64,000 nucleotides of DNA from Vicinamibacterales bacterium (GTDB taxonomy: Bacteria; Acidobacteriota; Vicinamibacteria; Vicinamibacterales; UBA8438), in NCBI GenBank assembly GCA_965262555.1, contig OZ253543.1, positions 4,129,010 to 4,193,009 on the forward strand, given 5' to 3'. Positions 43,332 through 53,992 of the stretch are shown here, one piece after another (the first letter of the stretch is position 1; each line of letters begins with the position of its first letter). The notes below the pieces were generated by a model that saw only the letters and a list, made by a program, of their open reading frames with translations, was not told the origin of the DNA and did not search any database. Position numbers and translations under genes: made by a program.

Positions 43332-46163
43332 ATGCGCAGGATGGCAGTGGCTCTGTGTGCGCTGACGCTGGTCGCGTCGACGCCCGCCTCGGCCCAGGAG
43401 ACGGGCATCATCGCCGGGGAGGTGAGCGATCAGAACCTGGCGATCACGTTACCCGGAGCGCCAGTCGCGCTGGTGGGCACGCAGGAGATCGCCTACACCG
43501 ACCTCGACGGCCGGTTCCGTGTCGAGGTGCCGGCCGGCCCGCACCAGCTCCGCATCGTCATGGCGGGCTACGCGGAGCAGACCGTCTCGGTCGTGGTGCT
43601 GGACGGGCAGGTCTCGACGGTCGAAGTGGCGCTCACCTCGAACGTGTTCGCCGAAGAGGTGACCGTGTCCGCGGCGACCATCGAGGCCGATTCGTCAACC
43701 GCCGCTGCCCAGATGATGCTGCGGATGCGGGCCCCGGCGGTCCAGGACAACATTGGCGCGATGGAGATGTCGGCCAACAACGACTCGAACGCCGCCGACG
43801 CGATGCAGCGCGTGACCGGCGTCTCGGTCGTCGAGGGGCAGTCGGTCTTTGTCCGCGGCCTCGGCGAGCGCTACAGCAACACGACGCTGGCCGGCGTCAC
43901 GCTGCCGACGACCGAGCCTGACCGCCGCGTCGTGCCGCTCGACCTCTTCCCGGCCGGCCTGATCGACAGCGTGCAGGTGAGCAAGACCTATACGCCCGAC
44001 AAGCCGTCGCAGTTCGCCGGCGGCCTGGTCGAGATTGTGCCGATGAAGCTGCCGGACGCCACGTCGTTCGAGATCTCGGCGGGGGGCGGCTGGAACAGCC
44101 TGACCACCGGCACGATGGGACTCGGCTATGCAGGCGGTAGCAACGACTGGGCGGGCTACGACGACGGCACCCGTGGCCTGCCAGCCGGTTTTCCCACCCG
44201 CAAGGTCACGCGCGCCGGGCGCTTCGCCAGCGGGCTCGGCTTCACGTCCGACGATCTCGAGAGATTGGGAGAACAGTTCAGCAACGTCTGGGATCCGGTT
44301 CGGCAGGAACTGCCGCTGGATCAGTCATACAACGTGCTGTTCGGCGGCCGCTTCGGCGGGCTGGGCGTGGTCGCCACACTGCGGCACACCCAGAGCTCGC
44401 AGTACAGCACTGAAGAACAGTCCTTCTTCAAGGTGGGCGCCGGCGGCAAGATCGAGCGGTTCAACGGGCCGTACGACTTCGAGATCACCGAGCAGGCCGG
44501 CACGGTGGGCGGCGTCCTCAACGTCGCGTACCAGTTCACGCCAAACCAGCGGCTGTCCTTCGACAACTTCCTGACCCACGTCGGGACCAACGAGACCCGG
44601 ACCTTCGACGGGTACAACGACGACGCCGGCAACGACATCCGCAACCAGCGCCTCTTCTGGGTGGAAGAGCAGATTCTGAGCCACCACATCGGCGGCGACC
44701 ATCTCTTCCCGGCGCTGTCGAACAGCCGGGTGGACTGGAAGGTGGCGATCTCAGGCGCCAACCGGGACGAGCCGGACCTGCGCGAGGTGTTGTACGAATC
44801 CGACCCGGCGCGGCAGGCGTTCGTGCTGGCCGACGAGTCGCAGAGCGGCCTCCGGCAGTTCAACGATCTGGTGGACGACACCATCGAGGTGGGCCTCAAC
44901 TGGAGCGCGCTGTTCGAGCAGTGGAACGGCTTCGCCTCGCAGGTGAAGTTCGGCGGCGGGCACATCGACCGGGCGCGGGATTTCCAGTCGCGGCGGCTGC
45001 GGTTCGTGCCGCGGACGCTGTCAGGCCGCTTCGGCGGTTTCTCGCTCGCCAATCCGCGCCTGCCGGCGCGCCTCGGCGTGGTGCAGGAGAACGCGGGCGG
45101 GATCGACCTGTCGCTGCCGGCCCAACAGCTCTTCTCAGTGGAGAACATCGGCAATGCGTTCGAGCTGAAGGAGGAGACGCGCGGTACCGATCGGTACGAC
45201 GGGTCGCAGGAGGTGACCTCGTTCTACGGCATGGTCGACCTGCCGCTCGCCGCCTCGTGGCGCCTCGTCACCGGCGCACGTATCGAGCAGTTCACGCAGG
45301 ATGTCGCAACGCTCGACCCGTTCGCCGGCACGATCGATCAGCAGTCGGCCGACGTTCAGCGTGCGTCGCTCGACGAGACCGACATCTTTCCGGCGGTCAA
45401 CCTGGTCTACGCCGTGCGGACTGACCAGAACGTCCGCGTCGGCTACAGCCAGACGGTCAACCGGCCGGAGTTCCGCGAGGTCTCTCCCTTCGAGTTCACC
45501 GACGTGGTGGGCGGCCGGGCGATCGTGGGCAACCCGAACCTGAACCAGTCGCTGATCCAGAACCTCGACCTACGCTGGGAGTGGTTCCCGGGCGCCGAAG
45601 AAGTGTTCGCGGCGAGCTTCTTCTACAAGCAGTTCGACGACCCGATCGAACGGACAGTCGAGCCGACCGCGCAGTTGCGGACGTCGTTCACCAACGCCGA
45701 CACGGCGAAGAACGCCGGCCTCGAGCTCGAGGCGCGCAAGCTGTTCGGCCCGTACGTGCTCGGCGGCGTGAACTACACCTACGTCGATTCGGAGGTGACG
45801 CTGTCGCCTGCCGCCAGGCAGGTGCAGACGTCGCTCGTCCGGCCGCTCGCCGGCACGTCGGCGAACCTGTTCAACGCGATGCTGGAGGTGCGCGGCATGG
45901 GCTTCTCCGGCCGTTTTCTCTGGAACTGGTTCGACGACCGGATCAGCGACGTCGGCTCGCTCGGCCTGCCGGACATCATCGAGAAGGCCCGCCACTCGGT
46001 CGATCTCGTCATCTCGAAGCGGTTCGATCAAGCGAGCGTCAGGGTGGCGTTCACCAACCTGACCGATCAGGACTACGAGTACACGCAGGGCACCGACGGC
46101 CCGACGCAGCGGATCTACAACCTGGGGCGCGCCGTCAGCTTCGGCGTCACCTACCACCCGTAG
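43332..46163 (+). CDS. TonB-dependent receptor with an N-terminal carboxypeptidase-regulatory-like domain
   Basis: Trimmed to the ATG at 43332 after GGAGGA. Signal peptide, a CarbopepD_reg-like beta sandwich, a plug region (VTGVSVVEGQSVFVRGLGERYSNTTLAG), and a terminal aromatic residue context. Confidence 0.85.
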   Translation: MRRMAVALCALTLVASTPASAQETGIIAGEVSDQNLAITLPGAPVALVGTQEIAYTDLDGRFRVEVPAGPHQLRIVMAGYAEQTVSVVVLDGQVSTVEVALTSNVFAEEVTVSAATIEADSSTAAAQMMLRMRAPAVQDNIGAMEMSANNDSNAADAMQRVTGVSVVEGQSVFVRGLGERYSNTTLAGVTLPTTEPDRRVVPLDLFPAGLIDSVQVSKTYTPDKPSQFAGGLVEIVPMKLPDATSFEISAGGGWNSLTTGTMGLGYAGGSNDWAGYDDGTRGLPAGFPTRKVTRAGRFASGLGFTSDDLERLGEQFSNVWDPVRQELPLDQSYNVLFGGRFGGLGVVATLRHTQSSQYSTEEQSFFKVGAGGKIERFNGPYDFEITEQAGTVGGVLNVAYQFTPNQRLSFDNFLTHVGTNETRTFDGYNDDAGNDIRNQRLFWVEEQILSHHIGGDHLFPALSNSRVDWKVAISGANRDEPDLREVLYESDPARQAFVLADESQSGLRQFNDLVDDTIEVGLNWSALFEQWNGFASQVKFGGGHIDRARDFQSRRLRFVPRTLSGRFGGFSLANPRLPARLGVVQENAGGIDLSLPAQQLFSVENIGNAFELKEETRGTDRYDGSQEVTSFYGMVDLPLAASWRLVTGARIEQFTQDVATLDPFAGTIDQQSADVQRASLDETDIFPAVNLVYAVRTDQNVRVGYSQTVNRPEFREVSPFEFTDVVGGRAIVGNPNLNQSLIQNLDLRWEWFPGAEEVFAASFFYKQFDDPIERTVEPTAQLRTSFTNADTAKNAGLELEARKLFGPYVLGGVNYTYVDSEVTLSPAARQVQTSLVRPLAGTSANLFNAMLEVRGMGFSGRFLWNWFDDRISDVGSLGLPDIIEKARHSVDLVISKRFDQASVRVAFTNLTDQDYEYTQGTDGPTQRIYNLGRAVSFGVTYHP

Positions 46164-46251
46164 ACAACCACGGGATCAGATGAGGACGAGGACGGCCACG
46201 ATGACGCGGAATTCGCACGGAGAGGCGCAGAAGGCGGTGCCTTCGAATTGC

Positions 46252-47640
46252 ATGACGGGACGGCTGGCCCGTCACCTGGTGGTGGCGGTGCTGATTGCCG
46301 CGGCCGTCGCCTGGAGCGGCGACGCCGTCAACTCGCAGACGAACATCACCTGCGAGCAGAACCGGTGTCAGGTGAGCGGACGGATCACATCCGACGTCAC
46401 CTTCACGGCGGACAACTCCTACCTGCTGAACGGCGCGGTCTTCATCGAGGCGCCAGCGCGGCTGACGATCGAAGCGGGCACGACGATCTTCGGGCAGTCG
46501 GAGACGAGCGGCACGCTGATCATCGCCCGGGGAGCGCAGATCCTGGCGAACGGCACGCGGGAGGCGCCCATCGTGATGACGAGCGACCAGCACATCGGTG
46601 AGCGGGCGCGGGCCGACTGGGGCGGGCTGATCATCAACGGCAACGCGCCGCTCAACGTCCCGGGCGGCGAGGGCACCGGCGAAGGCGATACCGGCGTCTA
46701 CGGGGGGAACGACGCCGACGACGACAGCGGGCACCTGTACTACGTGCGCATCGAGTTCGCGGGCACCGAGTTCAGCCCGGACAACGAGTTGAACGGCATC
46801 GCGTTTCAGGGCGTCGGACGCATGACCGAAGTGGACCACGTGATGGTCAAGTTCAACAAGGACGACGGTCTCGAGTTCTTCGGCGGCACCGTCGAAGTGA
46901 AGCACATCATCTGCTTCGGCATCGCGGACGACAGCTTCGATTGGACCGACGGTTGGCAGGGCAAGGGCCAGTACATGATCGCCCTGCAGATGGGCGACGA
47001 CGCGGACCAGGGCATCGAGGCGGACAACAACGGTGACGCGAACGACCTGACGCCGCGATCCAACCCCACCATCTACAACCTGACGCTGGTCGGCGACCCG
47101 TTCGACCTCCCCGGCTCGGAGAGCGACACCGGCATGCTGCTTCGCGAGGGGACCGCGGCAACCATCCGCAACTTCATCGTGAGCGGCTTCAAGGAAGCGT
47201 CGATCGACATCGACCACGCCGCGACCTTCCAGCAGATCACCGGCGGCGCCCTCACTCTCGCGAGCGGGATCATCAACGAGAACTGCCGCGTCGAGGGCTG
47301 TCAGGGCGAGTTCCGTCCCGACAGCGACGACGCCGAAGCGCCGATCTCCACCGTCGACTTCGTGACCGACAGCCCGGACGTTCACCTCGGCATGGATCCG
47401 ATGATCGGCGAGGCGCCCTCCATCGACTGCCCGTTCTGCCCGTTCTCGCTCCTCCATCCGGAGCGGAACTTCAAGCCGCGCTCCGGTTCGCCGGCAGCCA
47501 ACGGCGCTGTCCGGCCGTCAATGCCGCCGAACGATGGGTTCTTCGACGCCACGGGCGGGACGTTCATCGGTGCGGTCGGGCCGGAGGGATCGAGCCAGGA
47601 CGACTGGTTCACGGGCTGGACCGACTGGGCGCTCAACTAA
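46252..47640 (+). CDS. secreted conserved hypothetical protein (beta-helix-like), partner of the TonB receptor
   Basis: I chose the ATG at 46252 because it gives a clean signal peptide (MTGRLARHLVVAVLIAAAVAWSG). The tracked ORF begins at 46180. No function can be assigned. Confidence 0.6.
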   Translation: MTGRLARHLVVAVLIAAAVAWSGDAVNSQTNITCEQNRCQVSGRITSDVTFTADNSYLLNGAVFIEAPARLTIEAGTTIFGQSETSGTLIIARGAQILANGTREAPIVMTSDQHIGERARADWGGLIINGNAPLNVPGGEGTGEGDTGVYGGNDADDDSGHLYYVRIEFAGTEFSPDNELNGIAFQGVGRMTEVDHVMVKFNKDDGLEFFGGTVEVKHIICFGIADDSFDWTDGWQGKGQYMIALQMGDDADQGIEADNNGDANDLTPRSNPTIYNLTLVGDPFDLPGSESDTGMLLREGTAATIRNFIVSGFKEASIDIDHAATFQQITGGALTLASGIINENCRVEGCQGEFRPDSDDAEAPISTVDFVTDSPDVHLGMDPMIGEAPSIDCPFCPFSLLHPERNFKPRSGSPAANGAVRPSMPPNDGFFDATGGTFIGAVGPEGSSQDDWFTGWTDWALN

Positions 47641-47673
47641 CGACGCGTCGTCCGGCGGTACCCTTGGCGCTGT

Positions 47674-48198
47674 ATGAGCGTGCACCGACGGTTTTCGCTC
47701 CTGGCTCTCCTCGCGTCGCTCCTTGCCGCCGGCTGCGGTGGCAGCGCCGCCGGTGATGCCGGGCCGTCGCCTCTTGACGGGACCTTCGCCTCGCCCGATG
47801 CTCTCGCCGAAGCAGTGCTCACCGCGTTGGAGAACGGAGACACGGCGGCCCTTGAGGCACTGCCGCTCTCGGAGCTGGAGTTCCGGACCGTCGTCTGGCC
47901 GGAGTTGCCGTCGAGCCGGCCGAAACGTGGGCTGCCGTTCGACTACGTCTGGGGCGACCTGCACCAGAAGAGCACGAACGCAAGGCGGCGGCTGATCGAT
48001 CGGCACGGCGGCAAGCACTACGAGCTGTTAGCGGTCGAGTTCGCCGGCGACCCGACGGAGTACGAGACGTACCGGGTACACCGGGAGACGATGCTGACGG
48101 TGCGGAACGAGTCGGGAGAGGAAGACACCCTCGCGCTGTTCGGATCGATCCTCGAGCGCGACGGAGCGTTCAAGCTGTTCAGCTACGTCGTCGACTGA
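47674..48198 (+). CDS. small lipoprotein, hypothetical
   Basis: Lipobox LLAAGCGG. 174 aa. Confidence 0.55.
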   Translation: MSVHRRFSLLALLASLLAAGCGGSAAGDAGPSPLDGTFASPDALAEAVLTALENGDTAALEALPLSELEFRTVVWPELPSSRPKRGLPFDYVWGDLHQKSTNARRRLIDRHGGKHYELLAVEFAGDPTEYETYRVHRETMLTVRNESGEEDTLALFGSILERDGAFKLFSYVVD

Positions 48199-48217
48199 CG
48201 GCCGCCCCAGGACGCCG

Positions 48218-48313
48218 GGCGGTGCGCCGGCCTCCAGACCGGCCCGGTTCGTCCAGGTGCGCCCCGTACAGGTGCGCCGGCCTCCAGGCCGGCATCGCCC
48301 GTACAGGTACGCC
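48218..48313. repeat. REP-like palindromic repeats, intergenic cluster
   Basis: Units of (GTA)CAGGTGCGCC-GGCCTCCAGGCCGGC occur at 48221-48245 and 48268-48293, with partial units between and after them. The same unit recurs inside dnaE2. Confidence 0.7.
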
Positions 48314-48375
48314 TCAGTCGGTGATACCAGAAACGATCGGATAATTCTCACTTATACTCCCCGTGGCCTGAAACG

Positions 48376-49257
48376 ATGGACCTCGGCGAGCTAAACGTCT
48401 TTCTGACGGTGGCGGCAGAGCGGAGCTTTTCGCGGGCGGCGGAGCGACTGCACCGGACGCAGCCGGCGGTCAGCCAGGCGATTCGGCGACTTGAGGCGGA
48501 GCTGGACGAGCGGCTGTTCGATCGGTCGTCGAAGGGAGGACGGCTGACGGAAGCAGGAGTACTGCTGCTCGATTACGCGAAGCGCCTCACCACGCTGAAG
48601 GGGGAGGCGGAGCAGGCCGTCCGTGAGCTGCAGGAGCTGCGCCGCGGCCGAGTATCGATCGGCGCCAACGAGGGAGCAGTCCACACCCTGCTGCCGGCCA
48701 TCGAACGGTTCCGCACCGACCATCCGGGCGCACAGGTGGAGGTGCGTCGCGTTTCGGCGCGCCGGATCACGGAGCACGTGCTGAACCGATCGCTCGACTT
48801 CGGCGTGCTCACCTTCCCGCCGCGCGAGCGGGGCCTCCGGTCACTCTCGCTCGGTGAGGACGAACTGGTGATGCTGATGCCACCGTCGCATCCGCTTGCC
48901 GACCGGAAGCGGATTACGATGGCGGAGTTCGGCCGGCAAACGGTAATCGCCCACAACGAGGCGTCACCCGCGCGCGAGCGGGTGCTCCGGCTCTACGAGC
49001 AGCGCCACACCGACATCAACATCCAGATCGGGCTGCCGAGCCTGGACGGCATCAAGCGGGCGGTGGAGATGGGCCTCGGCGTGGCCATGCTGCCGGTCCG
49101 TTGCGCGCGGGAGGAGATCGCCCGCGGCCAACTGCTCGCCGCGCGGGTGCCGGGGCTGCGTCTGCCGCGCCAGATCCGGCTCGTCTACCGGCGGTTGGGC
49201 GAGCAGACGCACGCCGCCACGGCATTCCTTGCCGCCGCGAGCGCCGCCGCCGGATAA
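48376..49257 (+). CDS. LysR-family transcriptional regulator
   Basis: N-terminal HTH LNVFLTVAAERSFSRAAERLHRTQPAVSQAIRRLE. Family-typical length. Confidence 0.85.
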   Translation: MDLGELNVFLTVAAERSFSRAAERLHRTQPAVSQAIRRLEAELDERLFDRSSKGGRLTEAGVLLLDYAKRLTTLKGEAEQAVRELQELRRGRVSIGANEGAVHTLLPAIERFRTDHPGAQVEVRRVSARRITEHVLNRSLDFGVLTFPPRERGLRSLSLGEDELVMLMPPSHPLADRKRITMAEFGRQTVIAHNEASPARERVLRLYEQRHTDINIQIGLPSLDGIKRAVEMGLGVAMLPVRCAREEIARGQLLAARVPGLRLPRQIRLVYRRLGEQTHAATAFLAAASAAAG

Positions 49258-49278
49258 CGCAGGGCCGGCAGTCAGTCC

Positions 49279-49872
49279 TCAGAACCGGGTGGCATAGGGC
49301 AGCGCCCCCGCAACGCGGCGGACCTCGTCGAAGTTGTCCAGCAGGAGGCCGGTGGCGTCCCACTGGCCGGTCAGCAGCGCATCGCGGACGGCGGCCGGGA
49401 TCACGAGCGGCACCGTGCGTCCTGCCGCCTCGATCGTGAGCGACTCGACGCTCAGCGTCATGCGGGCCGACGGGTCGCGCTCCGCGGTCGACTGGAGGAA
49501 CGCGATATCGTCCGGGCCGGCGGTGGCGCAGACCAGGCCGATCGTCGTCGCATTCCCCAGGAAGATCTCCGAGAACGACTGGCCGACGCACGCGGCGATC
49601 CCGCGCCGCTTGAGCGCCTGCGGGGCATGCTCGCGCGATGAGCCGGAACCGAAGTTGTCGTTCACGACCAGGATGGCGGCGCCGTCGTAGGCCGGGTTCG
49701 CGAACGGATGCTCCGGCATCGACGCTCGGTCGTCCTCGAAGGCGTGCGCGCCCAGGCCGTCGAAGGTGATCGCCTTCAGGTAGCGGGCGGGGATGATCCG
49801 GTCGGTGTCGATGTTGTCGCCGCGGAGCGGGATGGCGGTTCCCTCGATACGGTCGATGTGCGTGTTGCTCAT
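49279..49872 (-). CDS. leuD: 3-isopropylmalate dehydratase small subunit
   Basis: Trimmed to the ATG at 49872 ([33 protein letters not shown]...[11 protein letters not shown]). It overlaps the leuC stop by 4 nt. Confidence 0.9.
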   Translation of the reverse strand: MSNTHIDRIEGTAIPLRGDNIDTDRIIPARYLKAITFDGLGAHAFEDDRASMPEHPFANPAYDGAAILVVNDNFGSGSSREHAPQALKRRGIAACVGQSFSEIFLGNATTIGLVCATAGPDDIAFLQSTAERDPSARMTLSVESLTIEAAGRTVPLVIPAAVRDALLTGQWDATGLLLDNFDEVRRVAGALPYATRF

Positions 49873-51269
49873 GGGAGCATGTCCCGTACGTCCGCCACTT
49901 CTCCGCTGACGGCGGCCGCCGCCACCATCGCCGGGCTCATCAGCAGTGTCCGCCCCGTCGGGCTTCCCTGGCGGCCTTTGAAGTTCCGGTTGGAGGACGA
50001 TGCGCACACCTCGCGGCCGTGCAGGCGGTCCGGGTTCATCGCGAGACACATCGAGCACCCGGCGCCGCGCCACTCGAAGCCCGCCTCGGTGAATACCTCG
50101 TGCAGTCCTTCCGCCTCGGCCGCCTGCCGCACCTGTTTGGACCCAGGCACGGCGAGCGCGCGGACATGCGCGGCCACCTTGCGACCGCGGACGATCCGCG
50201 CCGCCTCGCGCAGGTCGGATAGGCGCGAGTTGGTGCAGGAGCCGACGAAGGCGACATCCACCCTCGTCCCGGCGATCGGCGCGCCGGCCGCGAATCCCAT
50301 GAACTCGAGCGCCTCTCCCACCGCGGCGGCGCCGGTGGCAACGGCGGCCGGATCGGGAATCCGCTCCGTCACGCCGACCGACTGACCCGGGTTGATCCCC
50401 CAGGTGACGCGGGGTTCGATCGCGTGGCCATCGAGCGCCACGACGTCGTCGTACGGCGCGCCGTCGTCCGAGGCCATCGACCGCCACCACGTGCGGGCGC
50501 GCTCGAAGGCGTCGCCCGACGGCGCGTACGGCCGGCCCTCGATGTACGCGAACGTCGTCTCGTCCGGGTTCACGTAACCGATCCGGGCGCCTCCTTCGAT
50601 CGACATGTTGCAAATCGTCATCCGCTCGTCCATCGTCATCGCGTCGATGGCCGCGCCGCCGTACTCGTACGCGTAGCCGACGCCGCCCCGAACGCCGAGC
50701 CGCGCGATGATTTCCAGGATGACGTCCTTCGCATAGACGCCCGGACCGAGCGCGCCGGTCACGTCGATACGCCGCACCTTGATCGGATCGATCGCCAGGC
50801 ACTGCGACGCGAGGACGTCGCGCACTTGCGATGTGCCGATGCCGAACGCCACGGCGCCGAACGCACCATGCGTCGACGTGTGGCTGTCGCCGCAGGCGAT
50901 CGTCATGCCGGGCTGCGTCAGGCCAAGCTCAGGGCCGATGACATGCACGATCCCCTGCCGATCGCTCGACAGGTCGGCGAACGGAATGCTGAACTCGCGG
51001 CAGTTCCGCTCGAGCGCCGCCATCATCTGCTCGGCCAGTTCGTCGGCGAACGGCCGCTGCTGATCGAGCGTCGGGATGATGTGGTCGACCGTCGCGTGGG
51101 TCCGCTCCGGGAAGGCGACACCGATGCCATGCTGGCGCAGCATGTCGAACGCCTGCGGGGTCGTCACCTCGTGGATCAGGTGCAGACCGATGAAGAGCTG
51201 CGTCCGCCCATCGGGCAGTCTTCGGACGGTGTGGAGATCCCAGATCTTCTGCAACAGTGTCTGTGCCAT
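49869..51269 (-). CDS. leuC: 3-isopropylmalate dehydratase large subunit
   Basis: [13 protein letters not shown]...[12 protein letters not shown]...[12 protein letters not shown]...CSMCLAMN are aconitase-family LeuC motifs. Confidence 0.9.
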   Translation of the reverse strand: MAQTLLQKIWDLHTVRRLPDGRTQLFIGLHLIHEVTTPQAFDMLRQHGIGVAFPERTHATVDHIIPTLDQQRPFADELAEQMMAALERNCREFSIPFADLSSDRQGIVHVIGPELGLTQPGMTIACGDSHTSTHGAFGAVAFGIGTSQVRDVLASQCLAIDPIKVRRIDVTGALGPGVYAKDVILEIIARLGVRGGVGYAYEYGGAAIDAMTMDERMTICNMSIEGGARIGYVNPDETTFAYIEGRPYAPSGDAFERARTWWRSMASDDGAPYDDVVALDGHAIEPRVTWGINPGQSVGVTERIPDPAAVATGAAAVGEALEFMGFAAGAPIAGTRVDVAFVGSCTNSRLSDLREAARIVRGRKVAAHVRALAVPGSKQVRQAAEAEGLHEVFTEAGFEWRGAGCSMCLAMNPDRLHGREVCASSSNRNFKGRQGSPTGRTLLMSPAMVAAAAVSGEVADVRDMLP

Positions 51270-51344
51270 CTGCTCCTTCCGCGGGCCGCCGCGGGGCTTC
51301 GCCTGACCGCCGCGGGGGTGTGCGCAGCCGGCGCCTGCGTCCCG

Positions 51345-53990
51345 CTATTCTCGCAGACGCTTGGCGGCGACGGCGCCCTCCCGCTCGCGCCGCCGGCGCC
51401 GCATGAAAATCACGACGCCGAGCGCCACGACCGGGACCGGCGGCAGCAGGATCGCGAAGGTCTTGATGGTGGTGTGGATCCGGCGAATCTGCGACTCCAT
51501 CGTCTCCCGGCTCGCCTGCACCCGCGTGTCCTTCTCGGTGTTGATGTTGGTCGAGAGGACCTCCAACCGCCGGTTCTCCACCTCTTCGAGATTGCGCACC
51601 ATGATCTGCTTCGTCTGTGCGTCGATGTCGGTCCGCGCCTGCAGCTCCGCCACCCGGTCGTTCAGCCGCTGTTGCGCTTCGGTCAGCGCCGCCTCGGCAT
51701 CCGTCTCCGCCTGCTGCTCCTCGGCCGTCCGCTGCTCGATGAACTCCGCGGTCTGCGCTTCCACCCGCTCGAGCGTCCGGTGGCGGGCGCGGCGGCTGCG
51801 CAGATCGATGAACGCGTCTTCCTCGAGCAGCGTGTCCATGGCGTTCAGGAAGAACGTGATGTTGTCGAAGTTCAGCCCGCCCGGCGCCTGCTCGCGGATC
51901 TGGAAGAACTGCTCGCTGATGAAGTCGAGGTCAGCGACCACGATGATGTCCACTTCGTCGCTGTCGGCCGACCGCACGCGCGCGGCAACGATGTAGTCGT
52001 CGTCGTCCTGCTCTCGCGGCGGGCTCGGGTTTACCTGCGGGCCGTACGGCGTGCCGCGCACCAGCGAGAAGTAACCGTTCGTGCCGGAGAGCATCCCGGT
52101 CCGGAGCAGTGGCTCGAACGTCCACGCGGTCTCGTCGTCCGGGTGGAGGAACCCTGGATAGAGAAAGACCAGCTCCTGCAGGTGCGACGTCATCGCGTCC
52201 TCGGCGTTGAACGTCGCCTCGTTCTCGTTCCCCGCGCCCAGGAAGACCACATCCTCCGGCATGTGCGCCAGATCGGGGTGGGGATTGTAGCTGTCCCAGA
52301 CGACGCGGGTCGGCTCCCAGTCGACGCCGAGGGTGCGGATCCACTCGCGGACATTGCCGCGCGGACCGGGACGCGCGGCGGTCTGGCTGTAGGTGAACGG
52401 GTTGCCGTCACCCACCCACTCGGTGGGCGAGATCGTCGGGTTCACCGCCGGCAGCGGATCGACCAGGATCAACGCCGGCTTGCCGGACCGGATGTAGTCG
52501 GCCACGAACCCCTGCTCGTCCGTCTGGAGCGACGACGGAAGCGGCACCAGCAGGGCGTCCACCTCCTGGCGGATCTCCGTCTCCGGGCTGATCTCCACCA
52601 CGTCGTACTGCTTTCGCAGTTCGGCGATCACCGACCACTGCGGCGTGAACTGGCTTTGCTGGAAGTTGGTGCCGCCGAACAGGTTGGCCATCGTCGCGAC
52701 GACACCCACCCGCTTCCGCTCGGTCCGGGCGACCACACGGATGCTCCGCATGATCTCGTATTCGGCCGGCAAGCCGACGTCGAAAAAGCCGATCACCTGC
52801 TCCTCGGCCCCACAGGTGAACGCGAGGCCCAGGAACAGCTCCTCCACTTCGGAACGGGCGGAGCTGACGTTCCGGATCGGGCGAGGCAGGATGCCGAACG
52901 TCTCGCGGGCCTCGCGGGCCGCGTCGGTGAACGGCTCGGTGTCGTGGATGATCACCTCGACGCGCGAGCCGGCGATGGCATCTATCTCCTCCAGAATGCT
53001 GATGATGTTCGACCGGGTCTGGACGAACGGCTCGGGCGCCGTAGGCGAGATATACGCCTGGATGAAGACCGGCCGGTCGGACGCCAGATCCTCGATCAGG
53101 GCGCGCGTCTCGGCGCTGAGCGAATGGAGCTGTTCCGCGGTGACATCGAGCCGGACGCTGGCGCGGCCGACGATGACGCCGACGCTCACCAGCGCCATCG
53201 CTATCGCGGCGGCGCGTACGGCGTGGTGCAGCCAGAGCGGGTAGCCCCCCGCCACGGGCGCCCAGTGCCGGCGGCTCAGCAGCAGGACGTTCAGGTACAG
53301 GAAGAACGCGGTGACCGCGTCGAAGTACAGGATCGCGGTCAGGCTGACGATCCCCTTGGCGAAGTCGTCGAAGTGGAAGAAGACGCCGAGCGCGTCGGCC
53401 GACCGCTCGAGCGCCGGCAGCACCGCGCCGACGACGTCGCCCGCGGTCACCAGCGCCGTGCAGAACAGCGCGCCCGCGATGAACGCCACCGTCGCGTTGC
53501 GCGTCAGGATCGACGCCAGCATTCCGACCGCGATCAGTGCCGCGCCGGCGAACCAGTAGCCGGCGTAGTTGCTCAGCATCAGCCCCAGGTCGGGGCTCCC
53601 GAGATAGAAGAGGACCAGAACGTAGCTGAGCGACAGCGCGAGCGAGACAGTGTAGATGCCGAGTACGGCCGCGTACTTCCCGAGCACCACCTCCAGGTCG
53701 GTCGCCGGTAGTGTCAGCAGCAGCTCGTCGGTCCCCTGCTTCCTTTCCTCCGACCAGACCCCCATCGTGAGGGCGGGTACAAAGAAGAGCAGGAGGTACG
53801 GGAACACGCTGTTCAACTGCTCGAGGTTCGCGAGGTTCTGCAGGAAGAAGCGGTCCTGCCAGAACGCCGCCGCCGCGCTCAGGAAAATGAAGAGCGTGAT
53901 GAAGACGTAGCCGCTCGGACTGCTGAAGTACAGCCGCAGGTCGCGACGCGCTACCGCCCGCACGATCGCCACGTTCATCTGGGGCAACAT
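51345..53990 (-). CDS. ABC-2-type permease fused to a GldG-like auxiliary domain
   Basis: The N-terminal ~240 aa are polytopic (RDLRLYFSSPSGYVFITLFIFL...EERKQGTDELLLTLP). A large soluble domain and a terminal TM/coiled-coil region follow. The gene abuts the ATPase gene. Confidence 0.7.
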   Translation of the reverse strand: MLPQMNVAIVRAVARRDLRLYFSSPSGYVFITLFIFLSAAAAFWQDRFFLQNLANLEQLNSVFPYLLLFFVPALTMGVWSEERKQGTDELLLTLPATDLEVVLGKYAAVLGIYTVSLALSLSYVLVLFYLGSPDLGLMLSNYAGYWFAGAALIAVGMLASILTRNATVAFIAGALFCTALVTAGDVVGAVLPALERSADALGVFFHFDDFAKGIVSLTAILYFDAVTAFFLYLNVLLLSRRHWAPVAGGYPLWLHHAVRAAAIAMALVSVGVIVGRASVRLDVTAEQLHSLSAETRALIEDLASDRPVFIQAYISPTAPEPFVQTRSNIISILEEIDAIAGSRVEVIIHDTEPFTDAAREARETFGILPRPIRNVSSARSEVEELFLGLAFTCGAEEQVIGFFDVGLPAEYEIMRSIRVVARTERKRVGVVATMANLFGGTNFQQSQFTPQWSVIAELRKQYDVVEISPETEIRQEVDALLVPLPSSLQTDEQGFVADYIRSGKPALILVDPLPAVNPTISPTEWVGDGNPFTYSQTAARPGPRGNVREWIRTLGVDWEPTRVVWDSYNPHPDLAHMPEDVVFLGAGNENEATFNAEDAMTSHLQELVFLYPGFLHPDDETAWTFEPLLRTGMLSGTNGYFSLVRGTPYGPQVNPSPPREQDDDDYIVAARVRSADSDEVDIIVVADLDFISEQFFQIREQAPGGLNFDNITFFLNAMDTLLEEDAFIDLRSRRARHRTLERVEAQTAEFIEQRTAEEQQAETDAEAALTEAQQRLNDRVAELQARTDIDAQTKQIMVRNLEEVENRRLEVLSTNINTEKDTRVQASRETMESQIRRIHTTIKTFAILLPPVPVVALGVVIFMRRRRREREGAVAAKRLRE

Positions 53991-53992
53991 GG

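Noticed and set aside
49279-50802. 507-aa minus-strand ORF
   Set aside because: Only the C-terminal 197 aa (from the ATG at 49872) are LeuD. The rest overlaps leuC out of frame.
50424-53711. 1095-aa plus-strand ORF, the longest ORF in this region
   Set aside because: It runs antisense across two well-supported minus-strand genes (leuC and the ABC-2/GldG-like permease). Its composition is Arg/His/Asp/Leu-rich with no motifs. This is a typical shadow ORF in high-GC DNA.
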